DNA of 64,000 nucleotides, taken from NCBI GenBank assembly GCA_019057865.1, contig JAHLWP010000010.1, positions 32,001 to 96,000 on the forward strand. The letters run 5' to 3'. The stretch's first letter is position 1; the number at the start of each line of letters is the position of its first letter. This document shows, one piece after another, positions 1 to 10,709 of this stretch. The position numbers and the translations under genes were made by a program. The stretch comes from Promethearchaeota archaeon. GTDB lineage: Archaea; Asgardarchaeota; Lokiarchaeia; Sigyniarchaeales; SOKP01. The notes under the pieces are model-generated. The model made no database searches. It had not been told where the DNA came from and worked only from the letters and a program-made list of their open reading frames with translations.

Positions 1-1
1 T

Positions 2-574
2 TTGGCTACATTCTTCACTTGGATTGGAATTGCATGCGCTGTAGGAGTTTTAGGGATATTATTTTTTCCACCTGATACAGAAATAGAAAAAACGGAAAAT
101 TCGCTTAAAGACTGGTTTAGAAATAAAAATAGTATTAAAATATTAATTCGAATAGGACTTATTGCGATTCCAGTAATTATTGGAATACTTGCTTTAACAC
201 TATCAGATCGTCTTTTTATTGATCCTGATTTCTTGGATGATTATCCTCTAATTACTATAGAACCAATAACAGTAAAGATTGGAGCATGGGAATATCCAAT
301 TGGGAGATTTCTTTTTAATTTTGTGCTCCTACCTTTATTTGTTACTCTTATTCCGTTTATATTCCTCTATTTAGCATGGAAAACTTTTGGAGTACTAAGA
401 AAATCTTATGCTCTAAATGCTATTGGATTTTTTCTTTACTTCCTTGGAAGAATATTACAAGGAGCTCTTGAAGTAGCTAATCTACCCCATTTAGGAGCTA
501 TAATGCCTCCATTGATAATATTATTAGCCCTATTAATAATGGTAATAGCTAATAATTACGAACAACTCAAATAG
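2..574 (+). CDS. Multi-pass membrane protein, 5'-truncated by the window edge
   Basis: ORF open from the window start; several hydrophobic helices. Confidence 0.7.
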   Translation: MATFFTWIGIACAVGVLGILFFPPDTEIEKTENSLKDWFRNKNSIKILIRIGLIAIPVIIGILALTLSDRLFIDPDFLDDYPLITIEPITVKIGAWEYPIGRFLFNFVLLPLFVTLIPFIFLYLAWKTFGVLRKSYALNAIGFFLYFLGRILQGALEVANLPHLGAIMPPLIILLALLIMVIANNYEQLK

Positions 575-795
575 ATAGATTTTAAAACTTATAATTATTG
601 AAGTTCTTTTACTCATTCTAGCCTCAATTTTTTACCAGTATCATAGAATCTATAACTAATTTCTAAAATAGCTTTAAAAAACAATTTTTACTCTTAGTAA
701 AAAAAGAACAAAGTTTTAAAATTGAATCTTTTATAATTAAAATATATTCAAAATTATAAAATAAAGAATAAACATATTTTTAGAAGGTTTTTTTA

Positions 796-2427
796 ATGAT
801 CCACGGAAATCAATATTTATTACCTTTTTTTATTAGAAAAGATATTCACCAACCGGCTATTCAAGAAAATGATGAATTAACTCTTGCATTTTATCTTTTA
901 TCAAAAGATTTAAAAAAAAATGAAAAAATTCTTTCTTTCTCGAGACTTCTTTGGCCATTATTATGTGTTCAAGGTATTGTTAGTACTCATATAATATTAG
1001 ATGGTTTATTAGTATTTAGTAAGAAAGATAAGTTCTCGAATCCACCACGCCAACCATTAATAGGACATCTTTTAAGAAATATTGATAATAGAACAAAAAC
1101 AGAACAATTGAATAAATTAATAGAAGTATTAACATATAAGGATATCGAAGCGGAAAAGATTGGAGAAACTGAAGAATCTGAATACCGTACGCTCATTATA
1201 AATGGCTTAACTAATCCAGAATTTCTTCACGCTTTAATAAAAATAATTCCCCTTATAGAATATAAACCTATTACTGAATATACTGTTTTAGATACTAGTA
1301 TTACTACAGAAGGCGCTTTAGGCATTGCAGAGCAATATCGCAATTTAATAAATACAATGAAAGGTAATTCATTAAGGTGGAAAACTCAAATTGAGTTAAT
1401 TGGAAAAGAGGCTGAAAAATGGCTTATAGATCTAAATGTACAACTTAAGGATATTAAATTACGTTATTCTAGTCAAATAAGTAAAACAACATCGGCAATA
1501 GATCCAACTCAGATTGATCAACAAGTAAAATTCGAACAAGATAAAATTGATCAATGGAATGTAAATGAGAAAAAGAAAGTAATTGAAAGCATTTCAACTC
1601 TATTTAGAACTGCAGAACGTCATTTGGAGGAGATGGTTAAAAAAAATAAATTCTTTAGTCATGGAGATACTTTAAAATCTAGAGTTTTCAAGGATATTTT
1701 ACCTCATTTTGAAAATCATTTTACTTACTTAAATGAAGAAGGTCAAAAATTTATAGATTCATTAGAAAGTCTAAACCAAAGATTTATTGAGCTAAAAGAA
1801 CGGACGATTCAAATAGATAACGAAGCACATCGCAAATTAGAAAGTATTAAAGAGTCTTTGGATAAGAAATTAAAAGATAGAAATAAACTATTAACTGAAT
1901 TTCAAAACGAGAAAGAAGAAAATATTTCTAAATTAGAGCTTTTAAAAAATAAAATTGAAAAATCTTTTGAAAATATTAAAGAAATTATACAAATTAAACA
2001 AGATAATTGTTTGCATGAAGTTCAAGCTTTAGCAGGATGGGCTTTAAATGATGATCAATCAGAATTGTTTTCTAGGCCAATACAATGGATTTATATGCCT
2101 GTTTATGCCATGTTTATCGAGGATGAAGGTAAAATGGAAGAATATATGAATATTGTTTTTCCAGGTTTTATCCGAAGTGATCCTAATAATATTTATGAAC
2201 CCGTCTCTGATGCTTTTACCCGCTTAAAAAATACATTAATTAAAAGACTTGAAGATGATATGGCTATTAGGTCTAACTTTGAATTTTCATGCGAAAGGAA
2301 AAATTTGATTAAAGATCCAAATCTCAAGAAAATAATTCAAATAGGCATTTCTAAATTAAGGAACAAACTTTTCATAAATGATTTAATTGAAAGTAAAATA
2401 CGAGAGAACATCTCATTTTTACCCTAA
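796..2427 (+). CDS. Hypothetical protein with long central coiled coil (543 aa)
   Basis: Long ORF; K/E/Q/L-rich heptad-like middle region between globular ends. Confidence 0.75.
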   Translation: MIHGNQYLLPFFIRKDIHQPAIQENDELTLAFYLLSKDLKKNEKILSFSRLLWPLLCVQGIVSTHIILDGLLVFSKKDKFSNPPRQPLIGHLLRNIDNRTKTEQLNKLIEVLTYKDIEAEKIGETEESEYRTLIINGLTNPEFLHALIKIIPLIEYKPITEYTVLDTSITTEGALGIAEQYRNLINTMKGNSLRWKTQIELIGKEAEKWLIDLNVQLKDIKLRYSSQISKTTSAIDPTQIDQQVKFEQDKIDQWNVNEKKKVIESISTLFRTAERHLEEMVKKNKFFSHGDTLKSRVFKDILPHFENHFTYLNEEGQKFIDSLESLNQRFIELKERTIQIDNEAHRKLESIKESLDKKLKDRNKLLTEFQNEKEENISKLELLKNKIEKSFENIKEIIQIKQDNCLHEVQALAGWALNDDQSELFSRPIQWIYMPVYAMFIEDEGKMEEYMNIVFPGFIRSDPNNIYEPVSDAFTRLKNTLIKRLEDDMAIRSNFEFSCERKNLIKDPNLKKIIQIGISKLRNKLFINDLIESKIRENISFLP

Positions 2428-2449
2428 ATCTTAAATTTTTTCTTAAATC

Positions 2450-3136
2450 ATGCCAGGATCAAAAATAGACATCAAAAATAGATTAGATCTAAAAAAGAAA
2501 AGGATTAGAGCTTTTTTTCTTTCTATAGAAGCAAAAAGAAAACGTAAAGAAGGATTAGATAAAACAGCAGAGGAAATATATCGAGACGGAATGATTTATG
2601 TTCAAATGAGACTTCCCGTTGATAAAATCACTAAAGAATTTGAAGATGAATTAAAGTACAAAATTGATCACAACATTATTCATGCAAGCATACGCGAGGC
2701 TAACACTAGTGATCTTGATAGCATTAAGAATTTATATAATAAAAGTTGGTTAACATCCAATACTCCTTTTAGACCCATAACAAAAACATCTTTATTACAA
2801 ATTTTTGAAGACCCAGATACAGTATTTTTAATTTGTAAAGTGTATAGCAAAGAGGCTGCTTTTGTGATTCTTGATTTTGAAGGAGAAAATAAAGAATGTG
2901 CAGTAATTGCCGCTTTAGCAGTATTGCCTCGTTTTCAAAGAAGAGGGCTTGGAACGATATTAGGGATGGCTACATGGAATTATCTTAAGGAAAATTATAA
3001 ACATGTTAAAGAACTTAAATGTGAAGTTTATAAAGATAATATAGTTTCCTATTCCTTTATCAAATGGATAGGATTTGAAGAATATGGAACTAAGGCATAT
3101 AAGAAGGAAGATTTTCATATTGACGATAATGGATAG
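2450..3136 (+). CDS. GNAT family N-acetyltransferase
   Basis: Motif A LAVLPRFQRRGLG; C-terminal N..SYSFIKWIGF. Confidence 0.85.
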   Translation: MPGSKIDIKNRLDLKKKRIRAFFLSIEAKRKRKEGLDKTAEEIYRDGMIYVQMRLPVDKITKEFEDELKYKIDHNIIHASIREANTSDLDSIKNLYNKSWLTSNTPFRPITKTSLLQIFEDPDTVFLICKVYSKEAAFVILDFEGENKECAVIAALAVLPRFQRRGLGTILGMATWNYLKENYKHVKELKCEVYKDNIVSYSFIKWIGFEEYGTKAYKKEDFHIDDNG

Positions 3137-3202
3137 TAAACCTTTTTTGTTATAATTAAGTCTATTTCATAAAATGTTGTTTTTACTTTTTAATAGATTA
3201 TC

Positions 3203-3859
3203 ATGTCTGAATCAAAATTAAGTTTAAAAAAGAAAAGAATTAGAAGCTTTTTCTTAACTTATAAAAAATCTTCTGAAAGCAAAGAAGATATGCAAGATGA
3301 ACTAATCAATGTTGGTTTAAAGTACATCCAAATGAGGTTACCCATTGAAAAAATTACCCCTGATTTTGAACTTAAAATAAAAGAAAAGGTTGAGCATAAT
3401 ATACTTCGTGCAAAGATCAGAGAAGCTAAATTAGAAGATTTGGAAAATGTAAGATATATTTATAATCGTGCATGGCTTAGTAGTAATGAACCGTATTCAC
3501 CTATTACGGTTGAGGCTTTAAAAGATATCTATAACTATCACGATACTGTTATTTTTATAGCAAAAGTATATGGTACTGATGCTGGATTCATAATTTTAGA
3601 TAGAGAAGGACCAAATAAGGAATATGGAGTAATATGTGGTCTGGGAGTAGATCTTCGTCATCAAAGGAAGGGGCTTGGAACTGTGCTTGGGCTTGAAGCG
3701 TGGAATTTCTTCAAAGAAAAAGGCGTGACTGAGCTTCGTTGTGAGGTTTATGAAAAGAATTCTGCTTCACAATTTTTTATTAATTCTGTGGGATTTGAAG
3801 AGTTTGGAGTTAAAGTTTATAAAAGAAATGATTTTACATTAGAGGAAGAATTAGAATAA
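3203..3859 (+). CDS. GNAT family N-acetyltransferase, tandem paralog of 2450-3136
   Basis: LGVDLRHQRKGLG motif; shares LKKKRIR.FF and Y.QMRLP N-terminal extension with the neighbour. Confidence 0.85.
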   Translation: MSESKLSLKKKRIRSFFLTYKKSSESKEDMQDELINVGLKYIQMRLPIEKITPDFELKIKEKVEHNILRAKIREAKLEDLENVRYIYNRAWLSSNEPYSPITVEALKDIYNYHDTVIFIAKVYGTDAGFIILDREGPNKEYGVICGLGVDLRHQRKGLGTVLGLEAWNFFKEKGVTELRCEVYEKNSASQFFINSVGFEEFGVKVYKRNDFTLEEELE

Positions 3860-3864
3860 ATCCG

Positions 3865-5316
3865 TTAATCATCATAACTAAATTTTGGTTCAGATATAGA
3901 ATTAATTTTCTCATTTACTATATTCTCATTATAATCATCCTGAAGCTCTTTATAATAGTTTTTTGCTCTTTGTAAATTAACTAAAGCTAACTCAATCTCT
4001 CCTTTTTTTATAGCAATATCTCCTAAAGTTTGAAAAATATCTGCGCATTCTTTAAAATATTCTAAAGCTTCAAAAATCTCTAATGCGCTTTCAAAATTTT
4101 TAATTGCTTCTGAATTATTGTCAAGAAAATCTAAATATAATTGAGCTATAGCTGTTTTTAAATCAGCAATCTTAGATTTATCACCATATTTATCATAAAT
4201 TTCAATAGAATAATTATAATATTCAATTGATTTAAGATACTCCTCTTTTAATACATATAATTTTGCAAGATTTTCCAAAATTATCCCTTCTTTAATATCT
4301 TCTGCGATTTCGAAAATTCTAACTGCTTCAAGACTTTTTAATAATAAACTTTCGGCTTCGAAAGTGTTTTTCCTTAAAAGATGTAATTTTCCAAGATAAA
4401 GAAAACATTCCCACTCAAGTTTTGCTTTAATAAAAATTGAACCCTTATCTTCTATTCTATTTATTAAGCCTAATGCATTATTTAAACTTTGAAAGGCTCG
4501 ATCATAATCTTCTCCTAGAATATAGTAAAATTTTCCATATTTAATATGAGTTTGAATCATCCCATAGATATCTTCTCTTTCTTTAAAAAATTTAGAATTT
4601 CTTGATAAAATTTTTTTAATTCTCTCTGCATCCTTTAACATCAAAAGGACTTCAACTAAATTACTGGCTGATTTTATCTCTTCAGTGATTAGATCGTTTT
4701 GCTCTGAAAGATTAAGCGCTTCCTGGTAATATTTATAAGAATGTTCCAAATCGTTAATTAAATAATATATATTTCCTAAATTGTTTAAAGTTTTGATAGC
4801 CTTTTTATATTCATTTATCTCTTTAAGAATTTCTAAAGCTCTATTAAAATGATAAATGGCTTGATCAAAAAATCCAAGATCTTCTTGAATTATCCCAATT
4901 TCATTATAGCAAATAGCCTCATTGAGTAAATCCTTTTCTTCTTTAAAATTTTCTGAAGCCAATTCAAGATTTTTTAGGGCACTAGGCAAATCTCTTTTTT
5001 TATAATATAGACTAGATTTTTCTAATAATAAAGAACCTGGTATAGGATCTCCCATAGCTTCTTTCTCTTTTAATATTTCATTAACTTTCTGAATCTTTCG
5101 CTCAATTTCCTCATCGTTAATAATGATATTGTCATAATATTTATAAGATTCTTCTAGCTCTTCTAAATCAGAACTAGAGTGCAACGGTTCAATATAAGGA
5201 TGTTTTAAACTTCTGCTTAAATCATTTTCGATATTGGTGATTAATGGCTTATTACAATTATGACAATATTTCCAATGATCCTCAATATATTTTTTACAAT
5301 AAGGGCAAGTTCTCAT
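3865..5316 (-). CDS. Zinc-ribbon plus tetratricopeptide repeat protein
   Basis: N-terminal CPYC...CHNC; repeated TPR-like helices (NNLGNIYY, A..YY.EAL). Confidence 0.85.
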   Translation of the reverse strand: MRTCPYCKKYIEDHWKYCHNCNKPLITNIENDLSRSLKHPYIEPLHSSSDLEELEESYKYYDNIIINDEEIERKIQKVNEILKEKEAMGDPIPGSLLLEKSSLYYKKRDLPSALKNLELASENFKEEKDLLNEAICYNEIGIIQEDLGFFDQAIYHFNRALEILKEINEYKKAIKTLNNLGNIYYLINDLEHSYKYYQEALNLSEQNDLITEEIKSASNLVEVLLMLKDAERIKKILSRNSKFFKEREDIYGMIQTHIKYGKFYYILGEDYDRAFQSLNNALGLINRIEDKGSIFIKAKLEWECFLYLGKLHLLRKNTFEAESLLLKSLEAVRIFEIAEDIKEGIILENLAKLYVLKEEYLKSIEYYNYSIEIYDKYGDKSKIADLKTAIAQLYLDFLDNNSEAIKNFESALEIFEALEYFKECADIFQTLGDIAIKKGEIELALVNLQRAKNYYKELQDDYNENIVNEKINSISEPKFSYDD

Positions 5317-5575
5317 AGAAATTCGAAAAAATCAATTATAACTTTTCAAAATTTCTTTAATTTAAAATGAAAATTACCTTATTTATAATTATTTAGTTAT
5401 AATTTTGAGAAATTGCATATAATGCTATTTACTTATTTAAAAATCAATGTTGAATAATTTTTCGAATCGTCAATGTTTCTTTCAAGAATTTGTGAAATTT
5501 ACATTATGATGTAAGAAAAAATAAAAAGGATCACTTTTTTAAAGATAGAAACGATATAAAAAAAATTGGTAAATC

Positions 5576-5731
5576 ATGGATAGTAAATTATTTAAAAAAA
5601 CATATCAGTATGTTTGTGGCTCTTGTGGAGAATTTACTCATACTTTAACTGAATTCTGCGAAAAATGTGGTGAGAAGTCACTTAGGAAAGCTAAGAAAGA
5701 TGATTATAAGAAGTTAAAACATCCTAAATAG
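5576..5731 (+). CDS. Small zinc-ribbon protein (51 aa), below the ORF-track cutoff
   Basis: Translated by hand: MDSKLFKKTYQYVCGSCGEFTHTLTEFCEKCGEKSLRKAKKDDYKKLKHPK; two CxxCG knuckles. Confidence 0.65.
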   Translation: MDSKLFKKTYQYVCGSCGEFTHTLTEFCEKCGEKSLRKAKKDDYKKLKHPK

Positions 5732-5822
5732 ACTATTTTAGTTTACACGGAAAAAGGAGCTTCTTTCATGAAATTTTGAAAAAACTGAACAAGAGTTTAA
5801 CTACAAAAGCATCGGAGATAAA

Positions 5823-6746
5823 TTATTTTACTTTTTTCCGACTTTCCTCATATTTCTTTAAATCATCAAAGATGTCTTTATCCTGTAATCCAAGTGATTG
5901 CAACAGAATCCGCAATTGGATTATAGCGTTATTTGCCTTTATTTTCTCAGCTAAGTGTAAAGCTCTTATATATTGGTTTTTGGCTTCTTTTATCTTTCCA
6001 ATATAGAATAATGTTTCACCTACGTAACCTAAACCTCTAATGATTAATTCAGCATAATTGCTGTCAATAGCAATGTTTGTTCCTTTTTTGAAATACCTTA
6101 TTGCCTTTAGTTTATTATCTTTTTTTCTAATAATTCCTAAATTAAAATATGAAGTTATTATTCCACGATTATCTCTAAGTTCCTTAAAAGCTTTTAAAGT
6201 TTTTTTATATAGCTCGAAAACGATATCCCATTCTTCACTTTTTTCATGAATAAAGATTAAATTTCCTAAACAATCCAATAAATTATAAATATCATTATTA
6301 TCTGAGCATATTGCGCTACAATCTAAAAATATGTCGCATGCTTCCTCCAATTTATTTAATTTAATTAAACTATTTCCAATTCCTTTCGAACATGCAATCT
6401 GTTCTTGGACCTGTTTTAATTCCTTGTAAATTTCATACGCTTTTTCATAAAATTCTAAGGATTTTAAATAATCATTTTTTTTAAAATATAAAGTAGCTAA
6501 TACTCCATAGACGGCAGCTTGTCCGAATCTATCTTTATGTTTTTTAAAATGCTTTAAACAAGTTAAATAATTGATTTCAGAATCAATATATCGCCCTAAT
6601 TGTAATTGTATAAGAGCAATATCGCCCAACTCCTTCATATAATTCGAATCTTTGCCAATTCGCTCTATTTCTCTCAGATTTTCCAGTTTTTTATTTAATA
6701 AATCTTGTAAATCCTCTTTATTAAGCTCTGTTTCATTTTCAGTCAT
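5823..6746 (-). CDS. Tetratricopeptide repeat protein
   Basis: TPR-like repeats (YFNLGII, A...Y.KA.EIY). Confidence 0.85.
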   Translation of the reverse strand: MTENETELNKEDLQDLLNKKLENLREIERIGKDSNYMKELGDIALIQLQLGRYIDSEINYLTCLKHFKKHKDRFGQAAVYGVLATLYFKKNDYLKSLEFYEKAYEIYKELKQVQEQIACSKGIGNSLIKLNKLEEACDIFLDCSAICSDNNDIYNLLDCLGNLIFIHEKSEEWDIVFELYKKTLKAFKELRDNRGIITSYFNLGIIRKKDNKLKAIRYFKKGTNIAIDSNYAELIIRGLGYVGETLFYIGKIKEAKNQYIRALHLAEKIKANNAIIQLRILLQSLGLQDKDIFDDLKKYEESRKKVK

Positions 6747-7000
6747 AGAAATTCTTTATAAATTGTAATTCCTTTTTTTAATTTCCTCATAATATTTCTT
6801 CTAAAACTTCTGCTGCGTTCTTCACATACTGGAGACATTTTTTTTCAAAAAATTCATTTTGATTGTAATAGTTTTTACCTTCTTCTTCTTCGACTATTTC
6901 GGAAATTATAATCTAAATCTATAAGAAATATAAAATTTCTTATCTATTATATATTTAGAGATACAAATACAAAAAAATTAATCTAAATAAGGTTGTTTTC

Positions 7001-8092
7001 TTGAAATTTAAAGCAAGATTATATGAATCCCTTGATGATAAGAAAGTTAAATGCCATGTATGTGCAAATGAATGTATTATAATGCCAGAGAAAGTTGGGA
7101 TTTGTAGGACTCGAAAAAATTTTGATGGAAAATTATATACTTTAATTTATGGCTCAATGATCTCTTCTGGAAGTTTAGATCCAATTGAAAAGAAACCACT
7201 TTATAATTTCTGGCCTGGGGCAACAGCATACTCGATTGCATCAATAGGGTGTTCATTTAAATGCCAGAACTGCCAGAACTGGTCTATCTCACAGGCGAAC
7301 CCAACAGACAATGGAAAAAATGGTTTTTACGATTTAGAAGGATATAAGAATCGTGGGATGTCCTTAGTCGAAATGACTCCTGAACAACTTGAAAAACGAG
7401 TTGTAAAAAGCGGAGCAAAAACTCTAGCTTATACTTATAATGAACCATTAATATGGCATGAATGGATTATGGATACTGTTCCACTACTTAAACAACATGA
7501 AATTAAAACTCTATTGGTAACTAATGGATACTCTACTCCTGAAGCCTCAAAAGAATTGATTGAGGTAGGAATTGATGCTGCAAATATTGACATAAAGGCT
7601 ATGTCAGATGATTTTTATAAAAAAATATGTGGAGTAAAATCAGTACAACCTGTTTTAGATACTGCTAAAAGATTCAAAGACAATGACATTCATGTAGAAG
7701 TTACTAATCTAATAATCCCTGAATTAAATGATAGTAGAGAAGATATTAAAAAATTATGCGAATGGATAGTTAAGAATTTGGGAAAGAATACTCCTTTACA
7801 TTTTTCAGCATATCATCCAGATTTTAGAATGCCCTCTAAGAAACGAACTCCTTATGAAACTTTAGATATGGCTTATAAAATCGCAAAAGATGTGGGATTA
7901 TTCTTTCCTTACGTTGGAAATATAAGACATGACGACGGTAGTAACACTTATTGTCCTAATTGTGGTTATTTATTGTTAGGTCGTTCTGGATATATGTTTA
8001 CAAAAATCGATGTTAATGAAAATAATACATGCCCTAATTGTGGATATAACTTACTTAATGATATTATTGGAGAAATAAATAAAAAACCATAA
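7001..8092 (+). CDS. amrS: AmmeMemoRadiSam system radical SAM enzyme
   Basis: N-terminal CHVC...C..R, DPIEKKPL, CxxxCxxC (CSFKCQNC), YTYNEP, C-terminal CPNCG. Confidence 0.85.
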   Translation: MKFKARLYESLDDKKVKCHVCANECIIMPEKVGICRTRKNFDGKLYTLIYGSMISSGSLDPIEKKPLYNFWPGATAYSIASIGCSFKCQNCQNWSISQANPTDNGKNGFYDLEGYKNRGMSLVEMTPEQLEKRVVKSGAKTLAYTYNEPLIWHEWIMDTVPLLKQHEIKTLLVTNGYSTPEASKELIEVGIDAANIDIKAMSDDFYKKICGVKSVQPVLDTAKRFKDNDIHVEVTNLIIPELNDSREDIKKLCEWIVKNLGKNTPLHFSAYHPDFRMPSKKRTPYETLDMAYKIAKDVGLFFPYVGNIRHDDGSNTYCPNCGYLLLGRSGYMFTKIDVNENNTCPNCGYNLLNDIIGEINKKP

Positions 8093-8162
8093 AAGTATGC
8101 AAGGGTAACTTGTAGACTTATATAATTACTTTAAATATAAAAATAAAAAAATTAATTTAGAA

Positions 8163-8834
8163 TTAAAATACTCCAGAAATTGAAACGCCGAAAACTAATA
8201 ATAGAAATGCTTGTAAAAAACAGAAAGCAGCAACAATTACAGCGAGAGGAGGCCAAGAAAGGGCTTTTGAAACAGCCATAAATCCAGAAGTATAAAATTT
8301 TATGATAAGAGCGATTATTGCGAATATAATTATGAACACAATGAATAAGAACAATCGAAAGTTTATAAAAGCGCCAATAACTTGTTCAACCTCAGGTGGG
8401 AGTACAAGTGTAATAATTATTAAAACAGCTGAAGCAGCAACAAGACCAAATAAACTAGCAAGTGGAAGATCATTTCCAGGTTTCACAAATGCTAAAATTC
8501 CTAAAACGATTAACATTATTGCTGTGAAAATATTAACTGCATTTTCAGTTACATCTTCGTATCTATTAGTTGGTGGGCGATCAAACATCAGTTCTGCAGC
8601 TCCTGTCAAAATGGTAAATAATCCAACAAGAAAGCCCAAATAGGTTAAACCCTTGAGGAACTTAGTTATATCAAAATCCCATTCCTCCGACTTTCTTGTC
8701 TTAAATGAGCCTCTTCTTTTAGTTTCATATGCAACGTAAATTGACCAAATTATCCCCAGAATCAGCATAAATAAACCTCCAAATTCTGCAAGAGGTTTCA
8801 AAAAATCATCTGTAAAATCCCAATTAAAAATCAA
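8163..8834 (-). CDS. Integral membrane protein
   Basis: About six hydrophobic segments. Confidence 0.75.
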   Translation of the reverse strand: MIFNWDFTDDFLKPLAEFGGLFMLILGIIWSIYVAYETKRRGSFKTRKSEEWDFDITKFLKGLTYLGFLVGLFTILTGAAELMFDRPPTNRYEDVTENAVNIFTAIMLIVLGILAFVKPGNDLPLASLFGLVAASAVLIIITLVLPPEVEQVIGAFINFRLFLFIVFIIIFAIIALIIKFYTSGFMAVSKALSWPPLAVIVAAFCFLQAFLLLVFGVSISGVF

Positions 8835-8947
8835 TTTATTTCACACTTTAATTTAATTTTGGATAAATTATTATAATGAATATATAAAACATAATTTAAT
8901 AAAAATATGTAGTCCAATATTTCAAAAATAAAAAAGAAAGTGAATTA

Positions 8948-10639
8948 TTAGATAAAAGAAACTGTTTTTTTAACATAATCCACATAAGTATTGATTTCTT
9001 GCGTTTTCCTTTCTTCATTCCAATTATATTCTTTTGCCATAAGGTCGGCAACTTTTTTAGCAGCTTCAAAAGCTCTTTTATGACTAATCCAGAGAGACAT
9101 TTCAGTTCTTCGGCAAAAAATATCAATCAAATGTTGAGTTAATTCATATCTAAGGCAATAGATAATCTCTGCTTTAATAAAATCATTTTCTTTCATGATT
9201 CTTTCCTTAAAAGACTCATCTTCTTTTATAATTTCAAGAATTTGCAAGGCACCTCTACCATATTGTTGATATAAATGGGCACTAATATCATTATCTAATT
9301 TTATGCCTGAATTCTTTAATTCTTTAAGCCATCGTTCTTCATCAATGCTAACTAAAAATTTCTGTTTAGAATAACCATCTTCTCTTTTTATATTTGGAAA
9401 AAAGTTTCTTTCCTCAACTTTCTTGAATAAATCTTCAGCCATGTTTCGCCATGCTGTTAACTTTCCTCCAGTTATAGTCAATAATCCATCATCAGAGAAA
9501 AATATTATATGCTTTCGAGAAACTTCACTTTCAGATTTTCCTTTTTGCATAACTAAAGGTCTTATTCCAGCATAAGTAGAAAGAATATTATTATAATCTA
9601 ATTCTGCATTTGGAAAATAATGTTTAACTGAAGTGATTAAATAATCAGCATCATCTTTATTACAAAAAGGATTTGCTAAATTGTCTTTATAATCTGTATC
9701 TGTAGTTCCTATAATAGTATAATTCTTATTACGTGGTAATACAAAAAATGCTCTATCATCAGCAATTGATCGGATAATAGTAGCCATATTATTTTTAACA
9801 TGTTCACGCTTAAATTGTAAATGAACTCCTTTAGTCGGTCTAATTAATGGCTTTGGGATCTCTTCGGGGTAACTTTCTAACAATTCATCTGTCCATACTC
9901 CTGTTGCGTTCACAATTAATGTTCCTTTCATTTCAAATTCACCATCATTTTCCAGATCTTTACATTTAACACCAGATATTTTTCCATTATCTTTCATGTA
10001 TCCGGTAGCTTTACAATAGTTAATTATATCCGCTCCCCTCACAACAGCTTCCTTAAGAATCTCGATTGTTAATCTCGCGTCATCTACATTATTATCATAA
10101 TATACTGCTCCACCTTTATTACCTTCTCGTATAAATTCAGGTTCCATTTCAAAGATTTCTTCTGGTTTATACCATTTATGTTTTTTGTATGTTTTAAATT
10201 CTGATTCATTATCACTCAAAAAATCATAAATTTTACAAGCACCTACAATGTCCCGCTTTTTATATTTCCCCCCTTCTAATTCAACGAAAAGGAAAGGGAT
10301 TGGTCTTACTAAATGAGGTAAATGTGCTAACATCCAATTTCTCTCAGTAGTAGATTCTTTTACTAAATCCATTTCTCCATGACCAAGATATCTTATTCCT
10401 CCATGTGCTAATTTTGAACTTCTTGATGAGGTTCCAGTAGCAAAATCTTGCATATCTACGCACGCAATTTTTAAATCTCTCAATGCAGCTTCCCTTGCAA
10501 CCCCTGCCCCTGTAATACCTGCTCCTATGACAATAATATCATATTTTTTTTCTTGTAATCTCTTTATTATCCTATCTCGATTTTTATAATTCCATCCAAG
10601 ATCGAATATTTTCTCTTCTAATTTAGTCATTTTTATCAA
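8948..10639 (-). CDS. glpD: FAD-dependent glycerol-3-phosphate dehydrogenase/oxidase
   Basis: GAGITG, GTSSRSSKLAHGG.RYL, DDARL, GTTD, GGKLT motifs. Confidence 0.9.
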   Translation of the reverse strand: MIKMTKLEEKIFDLGWNYKNRDRIIKRLQEKKYDIIVIGAGITGAGVAREAALRDLKIACVDMQDFATGTSSRSSKLAHGGIRYLGHGEMDLVKESTTERNWMLAHLPHLVRPIPFLFVELEGGKYKKRDIVGACKIYDFLSDNESEFKTYKKHKWYKPEEIFEMEPEFIREGNKGGAVYYDNNVDDARLTIEILKEAVVRGADIINYCKATGYMKDNGKISGVKCKDLENDGEFEMKGTLIVNATGVWTDELLESYPEEIPKPLIRPTKGVHLQFKREHVKNNMATIIRSIADDRAFFVLPRNKNYTIIGTTDTDYKDNLANPFCNKDDADYLITSVKHYFPNAELDYNNILSTYAGIRPLVMQKGKSESEVSRKHIIFFSDDGLLTITGGKLTAWRNMAEDLFKKVEERNFFPNIKREDGYSKQKFLVSIDEERWLKELKNSGIKLDNDISAHLYQQYGRGALQILEIIKEDESFKERIMKENDFIKAEIIYCLRYELTQHLIDIFCRRTEMSLWISHKRAFEAAKKVADLMAKEYNWNEERKTQEINTYVDYVKKTVSFI

Positions 10640-10709
10640 AAATTAGTGAGATTAATTTAAATTAATTAATTAATAATATACTTAATAGTTTAATCTTAAG
10701 AGCTTATCT

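Noticed and set aside
6786-6910. Short minus-strand frame (...FFEKKCLQYVKNAAEVLEEIL*) resembling a protein C-terminus
   Set aside because: No start codon and too short to assign; probably a gene remnant.
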